Positions 20,303-30,450 of a stretch of DNA of 64,000 nt are shown here, one piece after another. Numbering within the stretch: the first letter of the stretch is position 1; each line of letters starts with the position of its first letter. Both the position numbers and the translations under genes were made by a program. Below the pieces are notes generated by a model. It was not told the DNA's origin and did not search any database. It worked only from the letters and a program-made list of their open reading frames with translations. The DNA lies in contig CALSSJ010000007.1 in the NCBI GenBank assembly GCA_943788985.1, positions 1 to 64,000 on the forward strand, in the 5' to 3' direction. The stretch comes from an uncultured Lentisphaerales bacterium (GTDB lineage Bacteria > Verrucomicrobiota > Lentisphaeria > JABSQK01 > UBA12247).

Positions 20303-21534
20303 GTGGAGCTTCGCGAGCCAATCTCGCGATCAATAAACAGCAGGTAGGCGATCACGATTGCACCCGCGATCAGCAACATCGCATAGATCGATGAAAGCCC
20401 CACGTAGGCCGCAGGGATCGGCTTATGGCTCGTGAGCGCATCGGCCATCCAGAACTGCTGCCAGTTCGGAATTACTGCGTGGAGAAACGTCATCACACTG
20501 TTGCGGATGACACCCACAGGCTTGGCCAGCATCGCCATCAACGGGCTGGGTGGTCGGGATGCCACGTCGGAGAAGAAGACGATGACCGCTCGGCCGATGC
20601 AGCAAAGCGAGACGAGCGCGAACCCCGCATGCACCTGCCAGCGCCTGCAATCCGCCCGCTTGCGACGATCATACCGCTTGAGAGCTGCCACCCAGGCCAG
20701 AATGAACAGGGGCAACGCAACCAATGGCCAGAAGTACAATGCATGGGCCAGTTCCACATCGGCCAGAGCCATGGATACGCCATACACGTGATCCGAGATC
20801 AGACCGAGAAAAAAGAACAGCAGGCAACAACTCACGTTGGTCGTCACCGAGAGCTGAGTGGACAGCGCGGTCGCGATGGAGCCCATGGCCAGAGCGGCTA
20901 GAGCGACCAGAATAATCGCATAGACCACGTCGATCGAGTGTCCGGTTGGGGGGCCGACATACCTTCCAGAGCTATACCGCGGCAACAACCCGGTAACAGC
21001 CATTCCCACGAACGTTGCCGCAAACGTGATTAAAGCCGCTGGCTTCGCGTAGGAAGTCTTGCGGCGGTAGTTGAACCAACCGGCAACCAGCTGCGCACCC
21101 AGATAGGCGGCGACCATGGAATAGAAGACTGTGAAATCGTAACGGTACTGGTCGACCGCGATCTGCAACGTGATCAGCAGCGCCATACCCGTAGTGCTGG
21201 CGAAAAGCAGCACGGCAGCAAGAATACCGATGAACTTAGCCAGCAGGAATTGGAACCAGCCTACGGGCTTAGAAAGAATGAGCAGCGCGGTGCCAGACTC
21301 GATCTCCAAGTTGATGGCCCGGTTAGCACAGAAGGCCGCGGCGATCCAGCTGCCGAGCAACACCACCGACAACCCGGCATCGGTCACCAGCTTTTCCTGA
21401 GCGCGAAACACGTACTGCGCCATGGGAGGCTGGAGATGGATAATCATCACGCAGCTGCAGAGCATGACAGAGTAAACCGGTTGGCGCAACGCCTCGGTAA
21501 AGGTCTGACGGGCGATGGAGAGCGTGGGTGACAT
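20299..21534 (-). CDS. ABC-2 type transporter permease
   Basis: SIARQTFTEALRQP; EIESGTALLILSKPV..QFLLAKF motif; many TMs. Confidence 0.85.
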   Translation of the reverse strand: MSPTLSIARQTFTEALRQPVYSVMLCSCVMIIHLQPPMAQYVFRAQEKLVTDAGLSVVLLGSWIAAAFCANRAINLEIESGTALLILSKPVGWFQFLLAKFIGILAAVLLFASTTGMALLITLQIAVDQYRYDFTVFYSMVAAYLGAQLVAGWFNYRRKTSYAKPAALITFAATFVGMAVTGLLPRYSSGRYVGPPTGHSIDVVYAIILVALAALAMGSIATALSTQLSVTTNVSCCLLFFFLGLISDHVYGVSMALADVELAHALYFWPLVALPLFILAWVAALKRYDRRKRADCRRWQVHAGFALVSLCCIGRAVIVFFSDVASRPPSPLMAMLAKPVGVIRNSVMTFLHAVIPNWQQFWMADALTSHKPIPAAYVGLSSIYAMLLIAGAIVIAYLLFIDREIGSRSST

Positions 21535-21575
21535 TCAGGCGCGGGCCAAAGCCGTCCGTGTAGGAAGCAGAGCGG

Positions 21576-22403
21576 TTACTTGCTGTCCCAGAACATACGG
21601 CTGCGCTTGGCATTGCGATGCCGGTGGATGCGCGGGGATGGCCGATGTGCCGGAGAGACGCGACTCGCGGAAGGCAACGGTGGCGCATGCGCGTTGGCTT
21701 GATATGTCGGGCCTGTCTGCGGGGCCGGTGCAGCCTTCGCCGCAGCTTCGGCCTCCGCCTTGGCTTTGGCAGCAGCGGCATCAACAGCCTCAGCTTCCAG
21801 CTTTTTCCGCCGGTCGATCCATTCTTTTCCCTGGCGACCGTCACCGACGACGTATTCGCCAAAGATGGTGTGGTTTACCGGCGACACGATGCGCCCGTCA
21901 GCGTCGACTTGTTCGATCAGCACCAGGTAATCCAAATGGAGATTCTTCACCTGGAGCAGGTCCTCGGTGGAGGCTGCAATCTGGCCCCAGTCCTCGTTGT
22001 TGATGGCCCACGTCGGAATCTCGGCACCGATCAATTTGTCGTGAAAGGCCTGCGGGGCATACCGCTCGCTCCCTAAAAACAGAACTTTCTTGGGGCGCAG
22101 AAAGCGCACAAACTCGAGAAAGTCCCCATCATCGACTTCAAGCGACTGCCCGCTTGGCGGGACATAGTAGCAGCGATCATCTTCCGATCCCGTCGGCAAC
22201 AGCAGCATCGGCTGTTCCAGGCGCTGCTGAATCAACTCAGCCAGCACGCGGGACTCGACGAAGTTTCCGGTCACCACCAAAGCCTCGATTCGCTTAGGCT
22301 TTTTCTTCCCAAGTTTTGGCAACCGCCAATTCGCAGCCGCGTTCGCAGCAAACATCATAAACACAAAAACTGAGAGGACTCGAAACATTTTCATAACCTT
22401 CAC
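21576..22403 (-). CDS. exported hypothetical protein
   Basis: Signal peptide; Ala/Pro-rich tail; start may be 22394. Confidence 0.7.
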   Translation of the reverse strand: MKVMKMFRVLSVFVFMMFAANAAANWRLPKLGKKKPKRIEALVVTGNFVESRVLAELIQQRLEQPMLLLPTGSEDDRCYYVPPSGQSLEVDDGDFLEFVRFLRPKKVLFLGSERYAPQAFHDKLIGAEIPTWAINNEDWGQIAASTEDLLQVKNLHLDYLVLIEQVDADGRIVSPVNHTIFGEYVVGDGRQGKEWIDRRKKLEAEAVDAAAAKAKAEAEAAAKAAPAPQTGPTYQANAHAPPLPSASRVSPAHRPSPRIHRHRNAKRSRMFWDSK

Positions 22404-22507
22404 CTAAAATCTAACTGGTGCCTACTACCGAATAGGCGTATAGATACACGCCACGGAATAGCGGCAGAATGCTCGCCATGTATCGTATACTAAAGATCCC
22501 TTCGCCC

Positions 22508-23446
22508 ATGTCAACGTTTGGTTATCCAAAACCTTCCCTGTCTGCGGAAAAAGTCTCGCTCCAGCCCTTTCTGTCACCGGCAGATCGCGTGCGGCGCGCG
22601 GCTATCTTCATGAGCGGCTCCGGCGCTAACGCGGAAGCAATTCTGCACGCCCTACAGGCAGACCCGCACCCGCAACTCGAGATTGTCGCGCTGGTCACAG
22701 ACCGGCCGACACGCAGCCGCACCCATGAGATCGGCGCGGCTTTCGGCTTGCCGGTGATCGCTCAAGATATTTTTGAGTACTATCGCAGTCATGGCCAGCG
22801 ACGCGTCACACTTGCCACGGCGGAAGGGTGCGAAATGCGCAACCGCTGGACCGACGCGCTGCGCGAACAACTCGTGCCGCTCGCGATCGACTTCGGCATT
22901 TTCGCCGGGTTTGTGCCGCTCTGCAATATTGCCGGAGACTTTCCGTGCCTGAACGTCCACCCCGGTGACCTCACCGTACTGCGTGACGCCCAACGCTACC
23001 TGGTAGGCCTGCATACCACGCCGATCGAACGCGCGATTCTCGCCGACCATGACGCGCTGCGCTCCAGCGTGATCATCGCCGAGCCGTTTACCGCTGGTGG
23101 GGACAACATGGATTCCGGCCCGTTGCTCGGGATCTCCGCGCCAGTTCCGGTGCACCTACAAGGCGCCGCGCTTTGCGAACTCCGCAAAATCTTCGAGGCC
23201 CGACCCGCCATTCGCCCTGCCAAAGGCTATGGTGACCAGTTGGAAGCCATTGCCGATGAGAACCTCGACCGGTTGAAACACGGCGGAGATCTCTTACTTT
23301 TCCCACGCGTTGTTGCGGAGTTCGCAGCAGATCGCTTTGCTCTGGACGAGTGCCAGGCCCTCCACTACGCGAGTGAGGGTACCTGGCGGCCTGTTCAAAC
23401 CGTCGTCTATCACCAGGACGCCAAGCCACGTACCATTCCACGCTGA
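22508..23446 (+). CDS. PurN-like formyltransferase family protein
   Basis: [34 protein letters not shown]. Confidence 0.8.
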   Translation: MSTFGYPKPSLSAEKVSLQPFLSPADRVRRAAIFMSGSGANAEAILHALQADPHPQLEIVALVTDRPTRSRTHEIGAAFGLPVIAQDIFEYYRSHGQRRVTLATAEGCEMRNRWTDALREQLVPLAIDFGIFAGFVPLCNIAGDFPCLNVHPGDLTVLRDAQRYLVGLHTTPIERAILADHDALRSSVIIAEPFTAGGDNMDSGPLLGISAPVPVHLQGAALCELRKIFEARPAIRPAKGYGDQLEAIADENLDRLKHGGDLLLFPRVVAEFAADRFALDECQALHYASEGTWRPVQTVVYHQDAKPRTIPR

Positions 23447-23453
23447 GGTAGCT

Positions 23454-24044
23454 ATGTCCCGCACCGCCACAGAGTCCCGCACTACTGCGGAAACCAGTAT
23501 CGAGATCAGCCTCAACCTCGATGGATCCGGAATTGCGAACATCGCAACCGGAATCCCATTTATGGACCACATGCTCACGTTATTCAGCCGCCATGGCTAC
23601 TTCGACCTCTCCGTCAAAGCCGCGGGCGACTTGGAAATAGATGAGCACCACACCATGGAAGACCTCGGGCTGGTTCTGGGCACGGTCATTCGCCGGGCGC
23701 TAGGGGACAAGAAAGGGATTCGCCGCTATGGCTTCTTCCTGCTGCCAATGGACGAGACGCTCACTCGCGTCGTCTTGGACCTCTCAGGGCGCCCCTACTT
23801 GTCCTACCACGCCACTTGGCCGTCGGACTACATCAAAAGCATGAACGTGCGCCTCTTCTGTGAGTTCTTCCAGGCGCTGACCAATACTTTGGGCGTAAAC
23901 CTACACATTGACGTGATTCGCGGCGAGGATGTCCACCATATCGCTGAGTCGATGTTCAAGGGTTTTGCTCGCGCGTTGGACGCAGCCACGCTCATTGACC
24001 CGCGCGAAATCGGTGTTCCTTCCACCAAGGGCTCGCTGAGCTAA
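23454..24044 (+). CDS. hisB: imidazoleglycerol-phosphate dehydratase
   Basis: [39 protein letters not shown]. Confidence 0.97.
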   Translation: MSRTATESRTTAETSIEISLNLDGSGIANIATGIPFMDHMLTLFSRHGYFDLSVKAAGDLEIDEHHTMEDLGLVLGTVIRRALGDKKGIRRYGFFLLPMDETLTRVVLDLSGRPYLSYHATWPSDYIKSMNVRLFCEFFQALTNTLGVNLHIDVIRGEDVHHIAESMFKGFARALDAATLIDPREIGVPSTKGSLS

Positions 24045-24092
24045 CAGCCTGACAGGGTGCAAGAACTGCGCCAAGACAGCCTAGCCTTGTCA

Positions 24093-24210
24093 CGGAATCG
24101 AGATCGTTGTCGTTGTCAGCGAATGCGGTTGTCGTTGTCGTTGTCGTCACTCTATCCTTCCGGGACGCAACACGAATACGACATCCGCGACGCTGATACC
24201 GACGAAGATG
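24093..24210. repeat. degenerate hexamer-repeat array (GTTGTC)n with a loosely complementary arm
   Basis: cgttgtcgttgtc...gttgtcgttgtcgttgtcgtc followed by cgaatacgacatccgcgacgctgataccgacg. Confidence 0.55.
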
Positions 24211-24471
24211 AGAGGGAAGGAGACCCTTGGGCCCGTTCGTAGCGGCATTCACTACTCTGCGGCGCTACTCTTTCCTTTTCCGCCGGACGACCGGCTTGCG
24301 CCCCTGCGTGTTCTGGGAGAAAGTCGTCCGCCTGTAGTGCCTCCCCGAGAAACACGGGCACTGCCGCTTACGGCTCGGCTTGCTCAGGTGCAGCAGGCGC
24401 CAAAGCAGCCGACAGCGGCGATCGATGAAACAATAGTTGTGTCCCGATCCTGAACATCGTCTGGAAGCTAA

Positions 24472-24876
24472 TCAAGCGCAGGGCGATTTCATCAAGATCC
24501 CGTTCCGAACTTCCTCTTCCTCTGCGATTTTCTCGGTCAATCCTGGGTCGAATTTGGCACTGAAGATCGACTTTCGCTCGCGCTTCTTTTCTTCCTTCTT
24601 GTCTGGCTTCTTCTCCTGAGGCTTGGGTTGGTCCTTGAGCTTTGGTTTCCGAGCCAAGGCGGCGGCTGCGGGCTCACGGTCGCTTTAGTAGTCCCGCCAG
24701 CGTTGCCACAGGCGCACTGCCGGATAGACCACCCCAATCAGACCAATCATTGCCAGCACAAGATAGACAGCAAAACTCTGATCATTCTTGACAGATATCG
24801 AGGCAAAAACGAGTCGAAACTCGACGCGATCCACCTTGTTATGTATCGCCATCCGAGAGGCGCTTGTAATCTGCAA
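24472..24876 (-). pseudogene. probable decayed gene (TM plus Lys/Glu-rich linker) with internal stop
   Basis: ORFs 24685-24876 and 24472-24657 are in the same frame, separated by TAA 24685-24687. Confidence 0.4.
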
Positions 24877-24904
24877 AGCGAATAGCTCGTTGCTGCGCGA
24901 GCTC

Positions 24905-25708
24905 TCACCTCGAAGCTTTTTCCGACATTCGCTCTGCGATGATCACCACAACCAAAGGAATTGCCGCCGCGAGCGGATAGAGCTCCCGCCATTCAGGGCT
25001 GTGATACGGCATGCGCGCAGCGATCTCCAACTCCGAAAGCACCGGCAGCGGGAGCGGCGATGGCTCCGCGACTTGAACGATGCGCAAACCGGCAGCAGCG
25101 ACCTGTGAGACCAATTCTCCAATTGGTTGCACGCGCGCTGCGATAAACGCATCACTTTCCTCACAGAACCGAACGTCCGCTGGCGGGTTGTAGTAGTCCC
25201 GTACGAACATGCCACTGCCCTCATCATCGATGTCGAGCCACTCTGCCGCGAACAGCGGATGGCCAGTGGTCAGGACCAAATGTCCGCCAGGTCGGAGCAG
25301 CGCAGCCATCGCCCCAATGACTTCTTCGGGAGCTTCCGCGAAGGGCAGGGCGTAGGTGCTGTGGACTAGGTCGAACGTGGGAGTAAGGGGAAACGGCAAG
25401 CGCTCCATACCCGCCTGCACCCAGCAGACTCGATCTGCCCCAGGCAACTCGCGGCCATGTTGCAGCTGGCGCCGTGAGACATCCAGAGCCGTACACCGCA
25501 AGCCCAGACTGGCAAGATAGATGCTGTTCTGCCCAGCTCCTGCGCCGATCTCAAGCGCTGTCTGACCGCCTTGTAGCGGAGGGAGCAGTCCTAATTCTTG
25601 GTCCCCGGGGAGCAGCGGCCCATAGTGAAAGTTGTCTGTGGCGATTCGGGTGACCGCCTGGTACTCATGGGACAAGGCGTCCCAGTATTGCTCGTTGGCT
25701 GCGGTCAA
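24905..25708 (-). CDS. class I SAM-dependent methyltransferase
   Basis: ALEIGAGAG, LDVS, FDLV, LLRPGG. Confidence 0.9.
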   Translation of the reverse strand: MTAANEQYWDALSHEYQAVTRIATDNFHYGPLLPGDQELGLLPPLQGGQTALEIGAGAGQNSIYLASLGLRCTALDVSRRQLQHGRELPGADRVCWVQAGMERLPFPLTPTFDLVHSTYALPFAEAPEEVIGAMAALLRPGGHLVLTTGHPLFAAEWLDIDDEGSGMFVRDYYNPPADVRFCEESDAFIAARVQPIGELVSQVAAAGLRIVQVAEPSPLPLPVLSELEIAARMPYHSPEWRELYPLAAAIPLVVVIIAERMSEKASR

Positions 25709-26373
25709 TCGCCTGCTCTGCCACGCGGACGCTGCGGTCGATCTGGAGCACCTCCACCTCGGCGTGGTGGGCTACTACGGTCTCCGTCACTGCGACGAAA
25801 ACCGCCTTTTCCACCGCCACCGCCACCGCCACTGCTGCTGCCACCACTGCTACCTCCGCGGTAGTCAGACCGGCCTTGTGGCCTAGAACCTCCGCGTTCG
25901 TCCCGTCGACTATCCCCACGATCATCCCGGCGACTGTCGCCGCGGTCATCTCGTCTAATGTTATCCCGGCGGTCGTCACGTCTATCATCTCGGCGATCAC
26001 TCACGGGGCGGCGCGGTGGCGCTGCCTCTTCGCGCGCTTCCTTGCGCTGCTCGGCACAAATCCGGGTCAACTCCTGCGCCTCGTTCAACAGCTTAGGCAA
26101 GGCGCCCGTAGCCGATAGCCGGGCTTCAATGGCTAGCTCAAGCCAATACGCGGTCTCATCAGCAGCAGTCTCTGCTTGGCTGTAGCGCGATCCACGTTCG
26201 AAGCGATTGCGCATGGCGGCGCGTACATGGGCCCCGATGGCCGTACCGATCTGCAATAATTGCACACGAATCAATCGCGCTTGGTGAGAGTCGGGTAGCT
26301 TCTCCGCCTGACTCATTATGGCCAGGGCAAATGCCTTGGAACGTACGTCCAGTTGAAGATTGTCGTCATTCAT
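25705..26373 (-). CDS. four-helix-bundle (23S rRNA IVP-like) protein with Arg/Asp/Gly-rich tail
   Basis: RSKAFALAI..LP..QLLQIGTAIGAHVRAA..ETAYWLEL..LLNEAQEL; tail DRRDDRRDDRRD..GGGGGKGGFRR. Confidence 0.75.
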   Translation of the reverse strand: MNDDNLQLDVRSKAFALAIMSQAEKLPDSHQARLIRVQLLQIGTAIGAHVRAAMRNRFERGSRYSQAETAADETAYWLELAIEARLSATGALPKLLNEAQELTRICAEQRKEAREEAAPPRRPVSDRRDDRRDDRRDNIRRDDRGDSRRDDRGDSRRDERGGSRPQGRSDYRGGSSGGSSSGGGGGGGKGGFRRSDGDRSSPPRRGGGAPDRPQRPRGRAGD

Positions 26374-26449
26374 GCTTAAAAATCCTTATGTGACTGACGC
26401 AGGGGTCAGGAATCAGGGAGCGTATCAGGCGCTGAACCTGCAGGCTCCA

Positions 26450-26677
26450 TCAGCGGTCTTCGGTCTCATGCTCCCGCTCATCGCGCTTGATCAACATCGC
26501 CGCAGTGCGGGCCGAGATGTCAGTCGGGGTTGTGCGTAGCGTGGTCTTCTCGATGTAGGAGGTACGATCACGCAGCAGCTTTCTGGCAAACTGCTCCACC
26601 GAAACAGCGTGGAGCTTGGCCACTTTCGTGTAGTGGGCGTATTCTTCTCCGGGCACTTCTATGACAATCTGCTTCAT
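26450..26677 (-). CDS. small hypothetical protein (ribbon-helix-helix-like)
   Basis: MKQIVIEVP..YTKVAK..SVEQFARKLL pattern. Confidence 0.55.
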   Translation of the reverse strand: MKQIVIEVPGEEYAHYTKVAKLHAVSVEQFARKLLRDRTSYIEKTTLRTTPTDISARTAAMLIKRDEREHETEDR

Positions 26678-26819
26678 GGGCCTGCGTTTCGTGTTTCAAG
26701 AACAGGGTTCAGCTGCGGAATTCAGCGCTCTGCGACTACTGTATCTGAAGCGCACGCCCGCGCGCTGCGAACTCCGCAAATTGGCTCGCACGCTACTCAG
26801 CGCCGTGATCAACGCGGGC

Positions 26820-27821
26820 TCAACCCGCCGTCTCTTCCTGCTGGGCCAGCACTCTCTGTGCTAGCATTTCCCGCAGTGTCTGCTCCAACCCTTCCGCTGA
26901 CTGGGGACGATCATCCGGCTCACGGCAGACCATGGATGTGATCAACTCGACAAGGTCTGGCGAAACCGAGTCTAGTCCGGTGACTGAACGATGCAGGCGA
27001 AACTCACTGACATGCTGACGCAGCAGCGAGTTTGCCTCGCGAGCCGCAAAGTAGGTGGTGCCTACCAGCATCTGATACAGGACCATGCCGAGGCTGTAGA
27101 TTTCGGCCTGAATACCCTCGCCATCTCCCATGAGCCGTTCCGGCGGCACGTAGACCGGCGAGGCCTCGATCACCTCGCCCAAATCACGCGCCGCGACAAA
27201 GCACGGGATGCACAACCCAAAGTCGAACAGCATGGGAAGGCCTTGTTCGTTAATCATCACATTGTCAGGCTTCACGTCGCGAAACAGGTAGTTGAGCGAG
27301 TGAATGTGGCGAATCGCACTGACCAGATCTGCGGCAATCGTCAGCGCCTCGATCTCATCAAGCCGACCGCGTCGCTCGATCCGCTTTGTCAGCGTTTCCC
27401 CACGGATGTACTCACTGGCCATATAGAACTCGTCCTGATGCCAGCCATGGCAGACTACATTGGCAATATTTGGGTGCCCGCTGAACCGCGTTGCCATCTG
27501 GGCTTCTCGCTGTAAAGAGTGACTCAACCGGCGTCGATTCTTGCCCCGCTGCGGCACCAGCTTGATCGCGTAGATTGAGCGACGATGAATCTCATGAAAC
27601 GCCTTGTACACAACGCCCATCCCCCCGCCGCCAACGACTTGGAACAACCAAAACTCCGCGACTGGCGTCGGCACCAGCAGCACATTCCCGCAATCAGGAC
27701 ACGACACCATCTGCAACGGGTGCGTGTGCTGTAAGGACATCGCCAGCTCACAGTACGGGCACTCAAAAATCCCGTTGTGAAAGTTGTCAATGATCTCGGC
27801 GGGCGTGGGACCGGTAGCCAT
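26820..27821 (-). CDS. Ser/Thr protein kinase with N-terminal Zn ribbon
   Basis: CPYC..CPDC; GGGGMGVVYKA, AIK, RDVKPDN, DFG, PPE. Confidence 0.9.
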   Translation of the reverse strand: MATGPTPAEIIDNFHNGIFECPYCELAMSLQHTHPLQMVSCPDCGNVLLVPTPVAEFWLFQVVGGGGMGVVYKAFHEIHRRSIYAIKLVPQRGKNRRRLSHSLQREAQMATRFSGHPNIANVVCHGWHQDEFYMASEYIRGETLTKRIERRGRLDEIEALTIAADLVSAIRHIHSLNYLFRDVKPDNVMINEQGLPMLFDFGLCIPCFVAARDLGEVIEASPVYVPPERLMGDGEGIQAEIYSLGMVLYQMLVGTTYFAAREANSLLRQHVSEFRLHRSVTGLDSVSPDLVELITSMVCREPDDRPQSAEGLEQTLREMLAQRVLAQQEETAG

Positions 27822-27828
27822 GGTGCGA

Positions 27829-28227
27829 CTATCGCGTGCCTAATTCCTGGCGGATAAGCTCTGCGAGGTTCGCAAGCTCCGCCGGGTCAGCGGCGGCTGC
27901 GTTGGCAAAGTTAAGATCTGTCACCTCTTGAATCGGGACGAGGTGCAAGTGCGCGTGCGGCACTTCTAGGCCAGCCACCATCAGGCCGACCTTCCGACAG
28001 GGCACCCCCCTTTCTAGTGCCTGCGCCACAGGCCGCGCAAAAACCATAATCTCGCTCAGCAACTCATTCCCCATCTCGAAAAAGTGATCAATCTCAACTT
28101 TAGGAATGACGAGCGCGTGACCTCTGGCAATCGGCCGGACGTCTAGGAATGCGAGAAAGCGATCGTCCTCCGCAAGCCGATGGCAGGGAATCTCACCGTG
28201 AATGATGCGGCTGAAAATTGTGGTCAT
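27829..28227 (-). CDS. HIT family protein
   Basis: TIFSRIIHGEIP, AFLDVRP, GHALVIPK, VPHAHLHLVP. Confidence 0.95.
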   Translation of the reverse strand: MTTIFSRIIHGEIPCHRLAEDDRFLAFLDVRPIARGHALVIPKVEIDHFFEMGNELLSEIMVFARPVAQALERGVPCRKVGLMVAGLEVPHAHLHLVPIQEVTDLNFANAAAADPAELANLAELIRQELGTR

Positions 28228-28383
28228 ACAGCTTCCCTCGATTTGCTTGCGTTCTTCGATACGGTAGCTGATTCCACGGGGCTGCGCAAGGCAGAAGTCA
28301 GGGATGCCGCTTTTCCGGTTTGCGCACTTCGTCAGCGGCGCTATTCTGCATTGCAACCGCATACCGACCCACGGCCGCACGCA

Positions 28384-30270
28384 ATGTCTGCATTTCTTGA
28401 CGCCATACAGTCCCGCACCCTAATCTGCGACGGTGCGACGGGCTCGCTAATCTTCCGCAAAACCGGAAGACTTTCCGAGCAGAACCACGTCTATGAGTCC
28501 TTCAATGCCGATCAGCCCGACCTCCTACGGGATGTACACTGCGCCTATGTCGAAGCTGGCGTGGACTGTCTCACCACCAACACGTTCGGCGCCAATCCAC
28601 GGGTCCTGCGGCGCTACGGCCTGGAGCATCGTACAGCTGAGTTCAACACCACCGGGGTCATCCTGGCCCGTGAAGCCTTTGCCCGCTACGACCGTCGAGG
28701 CTTCGTCTTGGGCTCCATCGGCCCCACCCCTTCGTCTGCCTGCACGAGTTCCAGACTCAAGCGGATCTACCACACCCAGGCTACCACCTTGGCAGATGCT
28801 GGCGTCGATGCCTTCCTACTCGAAACATTTGCCAATCTCGACATTCTCAGCGGGGTCATAGAGGTCCTCCAGGGCGTATCGACTGAGATTCCCATTATCG
28901 CCCAGGTCACATTGCGCATTCCCCATGGCCACGCAGAAGGCCATATCAAGGCCAAAGCTTTGCTGGATAAGATCGCATCCTCGGGCGTAGCGGTGGTGGG
29001 GGTCAACTGCTGTTCCCCGAGCGAAGTAGAGGGCTTCGTGATTGAACTTGCCGCGGAGCGCGACCGCCGGAAGCTGGACCTAAGCCTCTCGGCCATGCCC
29101 AATATCGGCACTCTCCAGGGGGAAGGAAACCGCCTGGTGAACCTCTCCAACCCAGAGTACATGGGCCGCCAGGCACGCACTCTCTGCGACCTAGGCGTTT
29201 CGTTGATCGGCGGCTGCTGCGAGGTCCACCCCGAGCACATTCGCGAAGTTCGCAACTATGTGCAATCGCGCCAACCTGGCGGGAGAGAGGCCTACCAAGC
29301 TGTAGTTTTTGCCGGTGGCCACAAGCCCGCGGGCCCCACTCGCAAACAAGAGAACGGCCCCTTCTCACGAAAGCTTTTCAACAACGAGTTTGTTGTCAGT
29401 GTCGAGCTGCTACCACCACGAGGCACAGCGCCCAAAACCGTCGACAGCAAGATCGCCTTTGTTTCCGAAATGGCCGAATCCGGCCTCGCAGATGCCATTG
29501 ACATTACCGATGGCTCGCGCGGGATTCCCCTGATGCCACCCGGTGATTTCGCCATGCTATGCCGCCAGGGAATGGCAGATCCCAGTGCCCTCGAAATCAT
29601 CCCGCACTTTACCTCGCGGGATCTGAACACGCTGGGTATTCAAAGCCGGCTCATCGGCTATCACTGGAACCACCTGCGCAATGTCCTCTTTATCACCGGC
29701 GATCCGCCTAAAATGGCACCAGACTACCCCGCCTCCACGGGCGTGTTTGATCTCGACAGCGTCGAACTCGCGCGTATGACTCATCTCGGGCTCAACGCCG
29801 GGCTAGATTTTGGCGGACGCCCCCTCTCGAAGCAATCCCTCCCCTGCCAGTTCACAATCGGGAGCGGCTTCGAGCCTGAAGCGGTTGACCTCGACGCTGA
29901 GGTCCAAAAACTCGAGCGTAAGATTGACGCCGGTGTCGACTACTTCATGACCCAACCTGCCTTTCATCGCGAACCGCTGGACGTGCTCACCCCCTACCGG
30001 GACAGAACCAAGGTCTTAGTGGGAGTTATGGTGCTAAGCAGCCTGGCGCAAGCACAGCGCATTGCCGCCGTCCCCGGCGTCGTCCTCCCCCGGCACATTT
30101 TGGACACGCTCGCCCAATACGACTCCGCCGAGGACCAAGCCAAGGCCGGGATGGACCTCGCGGTTGCCCAGGCCGCCTGGGTGCGCAGCAACGGCTGGGA
30201 CGGCCTTTACATCATGGCACCCGGCAGTCACAAGAAGATCTTAGATATTTTGCGGAGTTCGCAAAGCTAG
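28384..30270 (+). CDS. bifunctional homocysteine S-methyltransferase / methylenetetrahydrofolate reductase (YitJ-like)
   Basis: CDGATGS, TNTFGAN, GVNC, IGGCC; VELLPPRG, TGDPP, KIDAGVDYFMTQP. Confidence 0.92.
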   Translation: MSAFLDAIQSRTLICDGATGSLIFRKTGRLSEQNHVYESFNADQPDLLRDVHCAYVEAGVDCLTTNTFGANPRVLRRYGLEHRTAEFNTTGVILAREAFARYDRRGFVLGSIGPTPSSACTSSRLKRIYHTQATTLADAGVDAFLLETFANLDILSGVIEVLQGVSTEIPIIAQVTLRIPHGHAEGHIKAKALLDKIASSGVAVVGVNCCSPSEVEGFVIELAAERDRRKLDLSLSAMPNIGTLQGEGNRLVNLSNPEYMGRQARTLCDLGVSLIGGCCEVHPEHIREVRNYVQSRQPGGREAYQAVVFAGGHKPAGPTRKQENGPFSRKLFNNEFVVSVELLPPRGTAPKTVDSKIAFVSEMAESGLADAIDITDGSRGIPLMPPGDFAMLCRQGMADPSALEIIPHFTSRDLNTLGIQSRLIGYHWNHLRNVLFITGDPPKMAPDYPASTGVFDLDSVELARMTHLGLNAGLDFGGRPLSKQSLPCQFTIGSGFEPEAVDLDAEVQKLERKIDAGVDYFMTQPAFHREPLDVLTPYRDRTKVLVGVMVLSSLAQAQRIAAVPGVVLPRHILDTLAQYDSAEDQAKAGMDLAVAQAAWVRSNGWDGLYIMAPGSHKKILDILRSSQS

Positions 30271-30291
30271 TCGAGAGCAGGAGGAGCCATA

Positions 30292-30450
30292 ATGGCAGAG
30301 TTACGCGATGAAGTCTATCACCCAAAGGGTGAGTTCAATGGCAACATTGACTTCCTCCTGACCCCAGACACACCAATGGCTCCGGAAGAGATTCCGGACA
30401 GTGTCCCGGTCCTAGGCCCTAACGGCCGCTCCTTCGAAGTTCTTCGCTAA
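30292..30450 (+). CDS. 52-aa small protein (below ORF-track cutoff)
   Basis: AGGAGGAG RBS; MAELRDEVYHPKGEFNGNIDFLLTPDTPMAPEEIPDSVPVLGPNGRSFEVLR*. Confidence 0.65.
   Translation: MAELRDEVYHPKGEFNGNIDFLLTPDTPMAPEEIPDSVPVLGPNGRSFEVLR

Noticed and set aside
25705..26373. Diversity-generating retroelement (Avd-like fold)
   Set aside because: No reverse transcriptase and no TR/VR pair in the window
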